Source: an uncultured Oscillospiraceae bacterium (lineage in GTDB: Bacteria; Bacillota; Clostridia; Oscillospirales; Oscillospiraceae). From it: a stretch of DNA of 64,000 nucleotides. Made by a program: the position numbers and the translations under genes. Below the pieces are notes generated by a model. It ran no database searches, was not told the DNA's origin, and saw nothing but the letters and a program-made list of their open reading frames with translations. The stretch spans positions 3,082 to 67,081 of the forward strand of contig CANPYK010000010.1 in assembly GCA_947588605.1 (NCBI GenBank), given 5' to 3'. The stretch's first letter is position 1. Each line of letters starts with the position of its first letter. Below are positions 25,193 to 33,997 of this stretch, one piece after another.

Positions 25193-27154
25193 ATGAAGCG
25201 CGGGAGGATCTGGGCGCCGCTTCTGGCGGCGCTCCTGCTGGCGGCGGCGCTCACGGGATGCGGCGGGGGAGAGACGCCCGCCACTGTCCCCACCCCCACC
25301 GTCTCCGCGCCCACCGCGCCGCCGGAGCCCACGCAGGCACCGGAGGGCGGCGCCCTGCGGGTCCTCTCCTGCGTGTCCGGGTGCGAGGCGGGGGAGTCCG
25401 GACCGGAGCTTCTCGCCCTGGACGGGGGCAGGCTTCTGCTGGCTTACAGCCGCTACGATGTGGAGCGGGACATCTTCACCACCCGCCTGCAGGTGGTGGA
25501 CGTTCTCGGCGACCGCGTTGCCGCCGAAACGCGTCTGGACGGCTCGCTGACGCCCGTCTTGGGCTTCGAGGGCGGCTTTATCCTGGAGGACTTTGACCAG
25601 ACCGTCTACCGCTTCCTGGACGACGATCTCCGGGAGCTCTCCGCCTACGATCCCCCGGAGATGCCGGGGCTCTTCTCCCCGGACGGCAAGAGCTACTACT
25701 TCATCTCCGTGGGCAAGCTATGGGCCGCCGACGTGGACACCGGCGCGCTCACGTATCTCCCGTCGGAGTACTCCGTCCGCTACGGCCGCTATTTCCAGAG
25801 CGGGCCCACCGACGGCGGCTGGCTCTTCCTCAACGGCGACAGCGCCCTCGTCCCCGTGGAGGGGGTCACCCTCACGGGCGTGGACCTCAGTACGGGCAAG
25901 ACGCGCCTTTTGTCCCAGAACATCTATGACGCCTCGGTTTGGGGAGACGAGCTCACCTTCCACATGACCACGGCGGAGGGGCAGATTGGGATGGATGACC
26001 CCTTTTACGCGGTGTCCCTCACGGAGGGGACCGCCGTGCGCTTCGCCCAGGACAGGTACGCCTTTTCCACCGTCAAAAACAGCGAATATCTTGTGTGCTT
26101 TGAGACGGACGACAGCTTCCGCCTCACCGGTATGTACGTGGGCGCCATCCGGGACAACGTCTGCGAGCTGTCCCTGGTGCCGGAGGAGAAGACCGCCTAC
26201 ACCTACGGCCCCTTCGCCTATATGGGCGATGAGGAGCTCATCGCCGTCTCCATGACAAGCGATGAGGGCCAGCGCCTGGGGATCGTGGACACCCGCCTTT
26301 TAAAGCCCGACAAGACGCTGACCGGCGAGAGCGTGGAGCTGCCGGAGCTCATCGACGCCGCCATTGCGGAGCGCTACGCCGCCGCCCAGACCCTCCCGGC
26401 GGTGCCGGAGCACCTCACGCGCCAACGCCGGCGGGCCGATGAGCTGGAGGAGCGCTACGGCATCACCATCTACCTGTCCGCCCAGTGCCGGGGCGTGGCC
26501 ACGGCGTACAAGGACTACGTCTGCGCCGACGAATTTTTCGCCGACGACCCCGCCTGGGAGATCCAGCTCACGGACAGGGCCCTCAACGACCTGGAGGCAG
26601 GCTTAGCCAAATACCCCGAGGGGTTTTTCCGCCAGTTTCGCACCGTCACCGGCGACGCCGGCCTGCGCCTTTGCCTCACGGGGGAGATCACCGACGGCTA
26701 CAGCGCCGCTTTCGCCTTCTCCACGGATGAGTGGTACGACATGGTCTTTGACATCCGCTACGACGTGGCCCCCAACCTCCCTCACGAGCTGTGGCACTGC
26801 ATGGAGATCTTCATAAACCGCCAGGACAGCGCCCTCCTGTCGGATGAGGCGTGGCTTACCCTGGATCCGCCGGGCTTTACCTACACGGAGGACTACGAAA
26901 ACTATCTTTACGACGACTACGAATACTGCTACCCCGCGGGGGAGTGGTATTTCTACGACACCTACAGCAAGGTCAACACCCGGGAGGATAAGGCCAGACT
27001 CATGGAGGTCGTCATGTCCCCGGACCGCTACGACTCCGCCCACTTCGTCTCCTCCCCCCACATCCAACAAAAGCTCACCCTCCTCTGCAAGGCCGTCCGC
27101 GCCGCCTTCGACACCACCGATTGGGGCGAGGTATATTGGGAACGGTTCCAGTGA
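25193..27154 (+). CDS. Lipoprotein with a C-terminal HExxH (putative zinc metallopeptidase-like) region
   Basis: Lipobox AAALTGCGG. Middle part resembles a beta-propeller (FSPDGKSYYFISVGKLWAADVDTGAL). C-terminal motif NLPHELWHCMEIF. Confidence 0.7.
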   Translation: MKRGRIWAPLLAALLLAAALTGCGGGETPATVPTPTVSAPTAPPEPTQAPEGGALRVLSCVSGCEAGESGPELLALDGGRLLLAYSRYDVERDIFTTRLQVVDVLGDRVAAETRLDGSLTPVLGFEGGFILEDFDQTVYRFLDDDLRELSAYDPPEMPGLFSPDGKSYYFISVGKLWAADVDTGALTYLPSEYSVRYGRYFQSGPTDGGWLFLNGDSALVPVEGVTLTGVDLSTGKTRLLSQNIYDASVWGDELTFHMTTAEGQIGMDDPFYAVSLTEGTAVRFAQDRYAFSTVKNSEYLVCFETDDSFRLTGMYVGAIRDNVCELSLVPEEKTAYTYGPFAYMGDEELIAVSMTSDEGQRLGIVDTRLLKPDKTLTGESVELPELIDAAIAERYAAAQTLPAVPEHLTRQRRRADELEERYGITIYLSAQCRGVATAYKDYVCADEFFADDPAWEIQLTDRALNDLEAGLAKYPEGFFRQFRTVTGDAGLRLCLTGEITDGYSAAFAFSTDEWYDMVFDIRYDVAPNLPHELWHCMEIFINRQDSALLSDEAWLTLDPPGFTYTEDYENYLYDDYEYCYPAGEWYFYDTYSKVNTREDKARLMEVVMSPDRYDSAHFVSSPHIQQKLTLLCKAVRAAFDTTDWGEVYWERFQ

Positions 27155-27675
27155 GCATATTATACCACAAATTAAGCAATTTGTCAAGTAGTAATTAAGC
27201 ATTCACAAATTATTTTTACCCAGCCGCCGCACACACCACCCCTGCCGCTTCGCGGCTGTTCCCTCCTTAGGAGGGGCTAAAAGGAGCGCGCAGGTAGTCC
27301 TGCCCCTCCTACGGAGGGGTGGCGCGAAGCGCCGGGGTGGTTCCGTCTATCCGACCGCCCAAATCATCGCACCCACCCCCCCGATTCAGAGCCCTCCCCG
27401 CTTAGGCGGGGAGGGGGAGGGGTGAGGTGGGAGCCGAAGGGCTGCAACCGGTTTCGATGAACGCACCGACCTCATCCGGCGCCTGCGGGCGCCACCTTCC
27501 CCACTTTGTGGGGAAGGCTAAGACGGGGGACGAGGACGGGGGGGACGAAGGCTCGAATACCCCGCCGCTGCGGCGGCACCCCTTTTTCCGAAAAAGGGGT
27601 CGGGGGAATAAGGTTGCGGCGCTTCGCGCCGCATTTATAAAAAATTGCGCCGCAACGCGGCGCATCCTTTTTAAG

Positions 27676-27726
27676 CCCCCTCCTCGTAGGAGGGGGGCAG
27701 GGGGGCAGCGAACGTAGGATGCCAGA
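27676..27726 (+). repeat. Repeat unit matching 19709-19758
   Basis: About 45 of 50 nt identical by eye. Confidence 0.8.
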
Positions 27727-27812
27727 CCGGTCCCGATGAACCGCAGAGGTTATAACCACCGCCGTAGGGGTCGCCGTCCCCGGCGACCCGCCCCACAATC
27801 ATTGACACGTTC

Positions 27813-27849
27813 CAATCACCGCCGTACGGGCCGCCGCCCACGGCGGCCC
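27813..27849 (+). repeat. Left arm of a 37-nt inverted repeat pair
   Basis: CAATCACCGCCGTACGGGCCGCCGCCCACGGCGGCCC. Confidence 0.8.
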
Positions 27850-27991
27850 GCGTTGCGATGACCTCCGATGTCGGTTGAATAGGATTAACCTTCCACATTT
27901 TCTGTAGGGGCGGACCCATGTGTCCGCCCGTGACACGTTACATGACGGGAACGGTTCCGATAAAACGGGAAATGTCGGTCAACGGGGGCAT

Positions 27992-28028
27992 GGGCCGCCG
28001 TGGGCGGCGACCCGTACGGCGTTGATTG
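27992..28028 (-). repeat. Right arm of the 37-nt inverted repeat pair
   Basis: Its reverse complement, CAATCAACGCCGTACGGGTCGCCGCCCACGGCGGCCC, matches the left arm at 35 of 37 positions. Confidence 0.8.
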
Positions 28029-28126
28029 AACGCAATTCAATACTGTAGTGACGGGTTCTACACCCGCCTGCCAATGACTTTTCAAATTTGTTACACCGTC
28101 GACAGGCGGGAAAGGAGAGAATTAAT

Positions 28127-28699
28127 GTGGAACATAAAGGTACAAAGGAGCTGCGAACCAAGCGCCTTATCCTGCGCCCATGGAGGGAGAGCGACGCCGG
28201 GGAGGCGTTCGCCAACTGGATGAACGACCCGGACGTGACCAAATATCTGACATGGACGCCCCACGGCGACGTCTCGCTCACCCGCGCTCTTTTAAAGCTG
28301 CGTGAGGAGGAGTGCAAGCGGCCGGAGTGCTACCATTGGGCAATCGTCTTGAAGGAGGGGAATGTCCTCATCGGCGATATCGAGGCGGGGACTGTGGACG
28401 AGTACCAGGCGACGGGCTGTATCGGCTACTGCCTCGGCAAAGCCTGGTGGGGCAAAGGACTCATGACCGAGGCCCTCACGGAGGTCTTGCGCTACTGCTT
28501 TGAGGAAGTGGGATTTGATCGTATCAACGGCAGCCACGCGGCGGAGAACATCGGCTCATCCCGTGTGATGGAAAAATGCGGGTTTGTCTATGAGGGAACG
28601 CGCAGAAAAGCCTATCGTCTGCTCCAGACGGGCGAACGCGTGGATGTGATCGAACGCGGTATTCTGCGGGAGGATTATTGGCAGCATAAGCGCTCATAA
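28127..28699 (+). CDS. GNAT-family N-acetyltransferase (RimJ/RimL-like)
   Basis: LRTKRLILRPWRESDA ... GYCLGKAWWGKGLMTEAL ... ENIGSSRVMEKCGF. GTG start with a GGAGAG SD. Confidence 0.8.
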   Translation: MEHKGTKELRTKRLILRPWRESDAGEAFANWMNDPDVTKYLTWTPHGDVSLTRALLKLREEECKRPECYHWAIVLKEGNVLIGDIEAGTVDEYQATGCIGYCLGKAWWGKGLMTEALTEVLRYCFEEVGFDRINGSHAAENIGSSRVMEKCGFVYEGTRRKAYRLLQTGERVDVIERGILREDYWQHKRS

Positions 28700-28709
28700 A
28701 AATGACGAC

Positions 28710-28735
28710 ACCCCACCGCGAATGACCGGTGGGGT
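28710..28735. terminator. Hairpin between the convergent GNAT and asd genes
   Basis: ACCCCACCG-7 nt-CGGTGGGGT. The T tract is weak on both strands. Confidence 0.5.
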
Positions 28736-28754
28736 ATCGTTTATATATACAACT

Positions 28755-29837
28755 TTAATCCATATACCCCTGCGCGCACAGAAGCTCGGCCAGGAGGATG
28801 GCGCCGCCGGCGGCGCCGCGGAGGGTGTTGTGGGAAAGGCAGACGAACTTATAATCATACTGGGTGTCCTCCCGGAGGCGGCCGACGGAGACGGCCATGC
28901 CGTTTTCCAGGTTGCGGTCCAGCTTTGTCTGGGGGCGGTTCTCCTCCTCAAAGTAGTGGAGGAACTGTTTGGGGGCGGAGGGGAGCTCCAGCTTCTGGGG
29001 CAGGGCGGAGAAGCTTGCCCAGCGGGCTTTTATCTCCTCCATGGTGGGCTTTTTGGAGAAGGAGGCGAACACGGCCGCCATGTGGCCGTCGCTGCAGGCC
29101 ACGCGGAAGCACTGGGCGGTGATGGAGGGGGCGTCGGCCTTGACGATGACGCCGTTTTCCACCTTACCCCAGAGCTTCAACGGCTCTTGCTCGCTCTTTT
29201 CCTCCTCGCCGCCAATGAAGGGGATCACGTTGTCCACGATGTCGGGGAAGGTCTCGAAGGTCTTGCCCGCGCCGGAAATGGCCTGATAGGTGCACACCAG
29301 GGCGCGCTCAAGGCCGAACTCGTCCTTCAGGGGGTGCAGGGCGGGGACGTAGCTTTGCAAAGAGCAGTTGGACTTCACGGCGATGAAGCCCCGCTTTGTG
29401 CCGAGACGCTTGCGCTGGAAGGGGATGACCTCCAGGTGCTCCGGGTTTATTTCCGGCACCACCATGGGCACGTCGGGCGTCCAGCGGTGGGCGGAGTTGT
29501 TGGAGACGACGGGGCACTCGCGGCGGGCGTACGCCTCCTCCAGAGCCTGGATCTCGTTTTTCTTCATATCCACGGCGGAGAAGACGAAGTCCACATGGGC
29601 GCAGATCTCGTCAATATCCGTCTCGGCGCGCTTGACGGTGAGGTGCTTGGCACAGTCCGGCACGGGTTCGGCCATGAGCCACCGGCCCGCCACGGCCTCT
29701 TCATAGGTCCTGCCGGCGCTGCGGGCGCTGGCGGCCACCTCCGTGAGCTCAAACCAGGGGTGGCGGGCGATGAGGGTGACGAAGCGCTGACCCACCATGC
29801 CCGTGGCGCCGATGACGCCGACCTTGTATTTCTTCAT
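28755..29837 (-). CDS. asd: Aspartate-semialdehyde dehydrogenase
   Basis: MKKYKVGVIGATGMVGQRF Rossmann N-terminus, active-site region AVKSNCSLQ, C-terminal SHNTLRGAAG. GGAGG SD. Confidence 0.9.
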   Translation of the reverse strand: MKKYKVGVIGATGMVGQRFVTLIARHPWFELTEVAASARSAGRTYEEAVAGRWLMAEPVPDCAKHLTVKRAETDIDEICAHVDFVFSAVDMKKNEIQALEEAYARRECPVVSNNSAHRWTPDVPMVVPEINPEHLEVIPFQRKRLGTKRGFIAVKSNCSLQSYVPALHPLKDEFGLERALVCTYQAISGAGKTFETFPDIVDNVIPFIGGEEEKSEQEPLKLWGKVENGVIVKADAPSITAQCFRVACSDGHMAAVFASFSKKPTMEEIKARWASFSALPQKLELPSAPKQFLHYFEEENRPQTKLDRNLENGMAVSVGRLREDTQYDYKFVCLSHNTLRGAAGGAILLAELLCAQGYMD

Positions 29838-30117
29838 ACTTGATGCCTCCAGACAGAGATGTTCTCTCAAAAAATTGTTCAATTTGACAGCAAAAAATCC
29901 GGCGAAAGAGGTAGCCAAAACGGAAAAAACGGTGTATAATGGAGTTTACATAAATTAAACTGCCGTTTTCGGCGCCGCCGGACGCCTTGCCGACGCAGGT
30001 TCTTTTGTACTTTAACACAGGCAAGGGGCGGCTGTCAACGGCGAAATGACCAAGTTTTTGCCTGATCCGCGCGTTTTTTGAGCGCATAGGAGTATCGGAC
30101 CTTTTTGGAGGACGCAC

Positions 30118-32103
30118 ATGAGACAAAAGATCAAACGGACCCTGGCTTTTGCCCTGGCGGCGGTGTTGGCGATCGCCGCCGTGCCCACGGGGGTGACGAC
30201 CACGGCGGACGCCGCCGGGGAGTACACCGCGCCCTATACCACCCTGCGCGTGGGGCTCTATGTCTCCACCGCCAGCGACGGAAGCCCCACCCAGAAAAGC
30301 TTCCCCTCCGCCAACCTCATGAACGCCCGGGGCCTGGGCTCCGGCTATGAAATGGGGTATTTTGACAGCAACAGGGACTTCCACTCCCTGGGCGCGTTCT
30401 TCTCTGAGACGGAGATCACCATGCTCATGGACAGGACCATGGTCTACAACTCCGGCTCCAACTCCTACTCCGAGGGGACCGAGGGCAGCGTCGTGGTGGG
30501 GTGCGTCCATCTGAAGCTCAGCGGCAGCTACGACACCTATACCGCCGCCAAGGCCGTGGCCGACGGATATGAGGACGCCTTCGTCCGGTATGAAAACGGG
30601 AAATTTACCGTCCTGGTGGGCCAGTATGTCTCCTCCGCCAAGGCCGCCGAGGCCAAGGACAGCCGGGGCCTCAACGCCACGGTGGACAGCGGCACCAGCC
30701 ACACGGTGACGGTGGTGAAGTCCCGGACCAACAAGATCCTCTTTGAGTACGACTGCGGCACCGCCTCGTCCCTGGCGGTGAAGCCCATGGCCCCGGAGGG
30801 CGTCAAGGCCCAGACGTGGTTCAAGGGGTGCAAGTATTACGGCGCCTTTGCCTACCTGCGCAACACCGGCGGGAACCTCACCGTGGTCAACTACGTGGAC
30901 GTGGAGGACTACGTCAAGGGCGTGGTGCCCTATGAGATGAGCGCCTCCTGGCCCCGTGAGGCTTTGAAGGCCCAGGCCATCGCCGCCAGGACCTTCGTCA
31001 TGGCCAACATCACCAAGCACCGCGGCTCCGGCTTCGACGTCTGCAACACCACCGACTGCCAGGCATACCACGGCACGGAGATAGACGGCGGCGCCAAGGC
31101 CACCTCCAATTCCGACGCCGCCGTGAACGAGACGCGCAGCCAGTACCTGGTCTACAAGGGCGCGCTGTGCGAGACGAGCTACTATTCCTCCAACGGCGGG
31201 GCCTCCGAGAATTGCGAGAACGTCTGGACGGCGAAGCTGGACTACCTCCGGGGCGTTCAGGACCCCTATGAGAAGAACATCGCCGGGAGCGTATCGGAGT
31301 ACTACTGGACCAAGACCTTTACCCCCGCCTCCCTGGGCCAGCGCCTCAGGGACATGGGCCGCAACAGCGCCGACGTGGTGCGGGTGGAGCTGACCTTCAC
31401 CGAGGTGGGCAACGTCTACTCCATCACCTTCACTGATGTGAACGGCCGGAAGAACACCGCATCCAAGAGCAGCGCCAAGTCCATCCTGGGCCTTCGGTCC
31501 CAGCGCTTCACCGTCAACGGCCTGGGGCCGGCGGCGGACGCGGGAGTGGTCTACGTCAACGGCGGCATCCCCCTGAATGACGGCCTGGACGGCGTGTACG
31601 CCGTGGGCGGCGCCGGCACGGCGGAGCTTCCCTCCGGGGACGTGTACGCCATCTCCGGCACCGGCACCGTGAACAAGGTGGACACGGCGGCGGTAACGCA
31701 GAAGGGCGGCGTGGGCGTCAATTCCGCCGGCAACTTCGTATTTTCCGGCTCCGGCTGGGGGCATAATGTGGGTATGAGCCAGTGGGGCGCGTACTCCATG
31801 GCCAAATATTACGGCAAGACCTATCTCGATATTCTCACCTTCTACTACACCGGCACCCAGGTGGTGACCTCCGCGCGTAAGCAGGAGCAGCAGTATTTCC
31901 CGGCCCCGGACGCCGGGAGTCTGCCCACCGAGCCGCCCGAGCCGCCCGAGCCCACGGACCCAGAAACGACAGGCCCGGAGAGCACAAACCCGGAGGGGAC
32001 GGACGCCCCGCCGGAGTCCGCCGGACCGGAGGATGAGGGGGCCGGGGACGGCCCCGCCGGCGGCGAGACCGGGCCCGACCTTGCGGATATCGCCGTGGGC
32101 TGA
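30118..32103 (+). CDS. SpoIID/LytB domain protein with a signal peptide and an acidic Pro-rich C-terminal tail
   Basis: SpoIID core: [32 protein letters not shown]...[13 protein letters not shown]...[10 protein letters not shown]...VGMSQWGA. Confidence 0.85.
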   Translation: MRQKIKRTLAFALAAVLAIAAVPTGVTTTADAAGEYTAPYTTLRVGLYVSTASDGSPTQKSFPSANLMNARGLGSGYEMGYFDSNRDFHSLGAFFSETEITMLMDRTMVYNSGSNSYSEGTEGSVVVGCVHLKLSGSYDTYTAAKAVADGYEDAFVRYENGKFTVLVGQYVSSAKAAEAKDSRGLNATVDSGTSHTVTVVKSRTNKILFEYDCGTASSLAVKPMAPEGVKAQTWFKGCKYYGAFAYLRNTGGNLTVVNYVDVEDYVKGVVPYEMSASWPREALKAQAIAARTFVMANITKHRGSGFDVCNTTDCQAYHGTEIDGGAKATSNSDAAVNETRSQYLVYKGALCETSYYSSNGGASENCENVWTAKLDYLRGVQDPYEKNIAGSVSEYYWTKTFTPASLGQRLRDMGRNSADVVRVELTFTEVGNVYSITFTDVNGRKNTASKSSAKSILGLRSQRFTVNGLGPAADAGVVYVNGGIPLNDGLDGVYAVGGAGTAELPSGDVYAISGTGTVNKVDTAAVTQKGGVGVNSAGNFVFSGSGWGHNVGMSQWGAYSMAKYYGKTYLDILTFYYTGTQVVTSARKQEQQYFPAPDAGSLPTEPPEPPEPTDPETTGPESTNPEGTDAPPESAGPEDEGAGDGPAGGETGPDLADIAVG

Positions 32104-32119
32104 AAGGATCGGACATTTT

Positions 32120-33142
32120 ATGAAGACATCGGATTTTTTCTATGAGCTCCCGGAGGAACTGATCGCCCAGACGCCTCTGGAGCGGCGGGACTCCTCCCGG
32201 CTCATGGTTTTGGATAAGGTCACAGGCAAAACTGAGCACCGGCGGTTTTTTGAACTGCCGGAGCTTTTGCGTCCGGGGGACTGCCTGGTGCTCAACGACT
32301 CCCGCGTCCTGCCGGCACGGCTCATCGGCCGCCGGCCCACCGGCGGCGCGGTGGAGGTGCTGCTTTTGACCGACAAGGGGGAGCGGTGCTGGGAGTGCCT
32401 GGTGCGCCCCGGCAAAAAGGCCCGTCCCGGCGACACGGTGCTCTTCGGCGACGGGGAGCTCACCGCCCGTATCCTGGAGGTCCTGGAGGGCGGCAACCGC
32501 CTCATCCGCTTCGACTACGAGGGCATCTTTCTGGAGACGCTGGAAAAGCTGGGCCGTATGCCCCTGCCGCCCTACATCCACGAGGAGCTTCGGGACGCCG
32601 AGCGGTACCAGACGGTCTACTCCCGTGAGCTCGGTTCCGCGGCGGCCCCCACGGCGGGCCTCCACTTCACGCCGGAGCTTCTGGGCGCCATCCGGGCGAA
32701 GGGTGTGGAGACGGCCTTCGTCACCCTCCACGTGGGCCTGGGCACCTTCCGCCCGGTGAAGGAGGACAACATCGAGGACCACGACATGCACGCGGAGTTT
32801 TGCGTCATCCCCGAGGACGCGGCGGACATCGTCAACCGCGCGAAGGACCGTGGTGGCCGGGTGGTCTGCGTGGGCACCACGTCCCTGCGCACCGTGGAGT
32901 CCTTTGCCGACGAGAGCGGCCGCTTAAAGCCCTCCTCCGGCTGGACGGACATCTTCATCTACCCCGGCTATCGCTTCAAATGCGTGGACGCCTTGGTCAC
33001 CAACTTCCACCTCCCTGAAAGCACCCTGGTCATGCTCGTCTCCGCCCTCGCCGGCCGCGACCACGTCCTCAACGCCTACGCCGAGGCCGTCCGGGAGAAG
33101 TACAGATTTTTCTCCTTTGGGGACGCCATGTTCATTCAATAG
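32120..33142 (+). CDS. queA: S-adenosylmethionine:tRNA ribosyltransferase-isomerase
   Basis: [31 protein letters not shown] ... TAGLHFT ... [10 protein letters not shown] ... [10 protein letters not shown]. Confidence 0.92.
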   Translation: MKTSDFFYELPEELIAQTPLERRDSSRLMVLDKVTGKTEHRRFFELPELLRPGDCLVLNDSRVLPARLIGRRPTGGAVEVLLLTDKGERCWECLVRPGKKARPGDTVLFGDGELTARILEVLEGGNRLIRFDYEGIFLETLEKLGRMPLPPYIHEELRDAERYQTVYSRELGSAAAPTAGLHFTPELLGAIRAKGVETAFVTLHVGLGTFRPVKEDNIEDHDMHAEFCVIPEDAADIVNRAKDRGGRVVCVGTTSLRTVESFADESGRLKPSSGWTDIFIYPGYRFKCVDALVTNFHLPESTLVMLVSALAGRDHVLNAYAEAVREKYRFFSFGDAMFIQ

Positions 33143-33180
33143 AAATCGACCTTTTTGCGCGGAATAACAGACCGAACATG

Positions 33181-33209
33181 TTGACAAAATAGGTCTATTG
33201 CGCTACTAT
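33181..33209 (+). promoter_or_regulatory. Candidate promoter of the Phd-VapC module
   Basis: TTGACA-17 nt-TACTAT, 39 nt upstream of the antitoxin ATG. Confidence 0.6.
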
Positions 33210-33247
33210 AAAAGCGACCGAAATTTTCCGAGAAAGGGGACATTTCC

Positions 33248-33478
33248 ATGACGCAGATATCCGTATCGGAGCTGAAGACCAACACCGGCAAATACGTGAC
33301 CATGGCGAAGGACCAGGACATTTTCATCACGAAAAACGGCAAGGTGGTGGCGAAGATCGTGAGCGCCAAGCCGGACAAAAAGGCCGCCTGGAACCATTTG
33401 ACCGAATTATTCAAGGGAGTCAATCTTTCTGATACCAACATAGACGCCTTAAGAGAGGAGCGGATCCTCGGAAAATGA
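33248..33478 (+). CDS. Type II antitoxin (Phd/YefM-like)
   Basis: 76 aa: MTQISVSELKTNTGKYV...IFITKNGKVVAKIV. ATGA overlap with the PIN gene. Confidence 0.7.
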   Translation: MTQISVSELKTNTGKYVTMAKDQDIFITKNGKVVAKIVSAKPDKKAAWNHLTELFKGVNLSDTNIDALREERILGK

Positions 33479-33900
33479 CAGTTGTATTTGATACCAACGT
33501 GATCATTGACGCCGCTATGGGCAGATCGGGCTCCGAAGACGCGCAAGAGCTTATTCGGATGGTCGTCAACGAGGAGATAACGGGACTTGTCACCGCCAAC
33601 ACCATCACCGACATCCACTACATCGTGAAAAAACATTGTGGGGAGAGCATGGCGAGGGAGGCGGTCGTGAATACCCTCTATGTCTTCGACATTGTCCCGG
33701 TGGACGGCGAGGTCTGCGCCATCGCCCTGAACGAGCCCATGGCCGATTACGAGGACGCGGTCCTGGCGGTCTGCGCCGCGCGGGAGGAGGCGGACTACAT
33801 CGTCACCCGCGACCGGGCGTTCCTGACCGCCCCCACCCCCGTCCCGGCCATGACGTCGACAGACCTTCTGCGCATGATCGAGGGACAGGACGAACCATAA
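33475..33900 (+). CDS. PIN-domain toxin (VapC-like)
   Basis: [12 protein letters not shown]-terminus, with acidic residues at ...MADYEDAVL... and ...IVTRDRAF. Confidence 0.75.
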   Translation: MTVVFDTNVIIDAAMGRSGSEDAQELIRMVVNEEITGLVTANTITDIHYIVKKHCGESMAREAVVNTLYVFDIVPVDGEVCAIALNEPMADYEDAVLAVCAAREEADYIVTRDRAFLTAPTPVPAMTSTDLLRMIEGQDEP

Positions 33901-33906
33901 GAATCT

Positions 33907-33940
33907 GGACGCGGTAGTGTTGACTATCGCGTCCTTTTTT
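33907..33940 (+). terminator. Terminator after the PIN toxin gene
   Basis: GGACGCG-14 nt-CGCGTCC followed by TTTTTT. Confidence 0.6.
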
Positions 33941-33948
33941 GATAAAAT
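33920..33948 (+). promoter_or_regulatory. Candidate fhs promoter
   Basis: TTGACT-17 nt-TAAAAT. The -35 lies in the loop of the preceding terminator hairpin. Confidence 0.55.
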
Positions 33949-33997
33949 ACGGCGTAACAGGATCACTCTTTCAAAACCAAAGGAGCGGAGGATAAAA

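Larger units (their letters stand above)
27244..28013. repeat. Cluster of at least 14 short GC-rich hairpins (REP-like) in a ~970-bp non-coding region
   Basis: Example hairpins at 27261-27275, 27303-27319, 27392-27415, 27495-27517, 27578-27600, 27615-27633, 27646-27664, 27676-27696, 27768-27789, 27828-27849 and 27908-27929. Confidence 0.8.

Noticed and set aside
27244-28013. Possible CRISPR array in the hairpin-rich region
   Set aside because: The palindromic units differ from one another, are only 13-24 nt long and are irregularly spaced. There is no constant repeat alternating with unique spacers, and no cas genes are in the window.
27402-28317. Overlapping 66-112-aa ORFs on both strands of the coding desert
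   Set aside because: They read straight through palindromes, so both strands give mirror-image ORFs. They are rich in Pro/Gly/Arg, have no SD and no plausible fold. They are more parsimoniously non-coding.
29838-30117. c-di-AMP (ydaO) or c-di-GMP riboswitch in the ~175-nt leader of the SpoIID-like gene
   Set aside because: I could not find the conserved core strings of either class by eye. It is kept only as something an Infernal scan could settle, not as a finding.
29749-31764. 671-aa minus-strand ORF, and similar long antisense ORFs (e.g. 28722-29843 +, 16163-17158 -, 18085-19440 -, 38896-40029 -, 46137-47609 +, 49031-50695 -, 56337-57491 -, 62379-63554 -)
   Set aside because: They lie antisense to genes with unambiguous enzyme motifs. 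They are Arg/Gly/Pro/Ala-rich low-complexity translations typical of stop-codon-poor frames in GC-rich DNA, and they lack SD sequences. I treat them as artefacts.
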